This document shows positions 63,787 to 64,000 of a DNA stretch of 64,000 nt, piece after piece; positions within the stretch are counted from its first letter, which is position 1, and each line of letters begins with the position of its first letter. Origin of the DNA: Octopus bimaculoides (lineage: Eukaryota); NCBI RefSeq assembly GCF_001194135.2, contig NC_068984.1, forward strand, positions 57,964,383 to 58,028,382, written 5' to 3'. The notes under the pieces are model-generated. The model did not search any database. It had not been told where the DNA came from and saw nothing but the letters and a program-made list of their open reading frames with translations. Both the position numbers and the translations under genes were made by a program.

Positions 63787-64000
63787 CAGTAACCTGCTTC
63801 TCCAACATACTGAGAATTCAGAAATAGCAGTCAAAGAACTACTGATTTCAAAACTACAAATTATTACTCTAGATTGATAGCGATATTTTTGATATCAGTA
63901 ACCTGCTTCTCCAACATACTGAGAATTCAGAAATAGCAGTCAAAGAACTACTGATTTCAAAACTACAAATTATTACTCTAGATTGATAGCGATATTTTTG
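63787..64000. repeat. Perfect 109-bp tandem repeat running off the window end
   Basis: cagtaacctgcttctccaac... at 63787 and 63896, identical to position 64000. Confidence 0.95.

Noticed and set aside
46321-64000. Search for NIPBL exon 3 (LxxLPLPxPLP...)
   Set aside because: No matching exon in the visible sequence; it lies beyond the window or in a gap.
1-64000. CRISPR arrays, rRNA genes, prokaryotic operons
   Set aside because: None seen; tandem repeats lack unique spacers and the DNA is intron-containing eukaryotic sequence.

Overview
AT-rich, microsatellite-rich animal genomic DNA with eight N-gaps. The SINE and LINE repertoire suggests an Octopus species (inference). Two spliced genes lie head-to-head. 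On the minus strand is SCP2/SCPx (peroxisomal thiolase-type sterol carrier protein X): coding exons 1-5 at 18790-18707, 9068-9011, 8496-8425, 2133-2069 and 232-169, continuing off the left edge. On the plus strand is NIPBL/Nipped-B (cohesin loader): a candidate non-coding first exon near 20.8-21.0 kb, then the first coding exon at 46221-46320 (MNGEIPSVPIITLAGVTTLTD). I found no exon 3 in the visible sequence, so it lies beyond the right edge or in a gap. The introns hold a near full-length degenerate RTE LINE, a deleted piggyBac plus a cognate MITE, Helitron/Helentron pieces, a CR1/L2-type RT remnant, several MITE classes, at least three tRNA-derived SINE families and Penelope-like element (PLE) remnants. 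The most interesting unexplained structures are all sense to the NIPBL pre-mRNA: a type I hammerhead ribozyme with an intact core (59394-59488) fused to a 46-bp hairpin; a second, atypical hammerhead-like motif family (60472-60507, 22738-22770) tied to a PLE GIY-YIG tail; and a pre-miRNA-like hairpin (21443-21510). Also notable are stacked uORFs in the NIPBL leader and a broad CpG-retaining domain around the divergent promoter. All alignments and folds were done by eye; no database searches were run.
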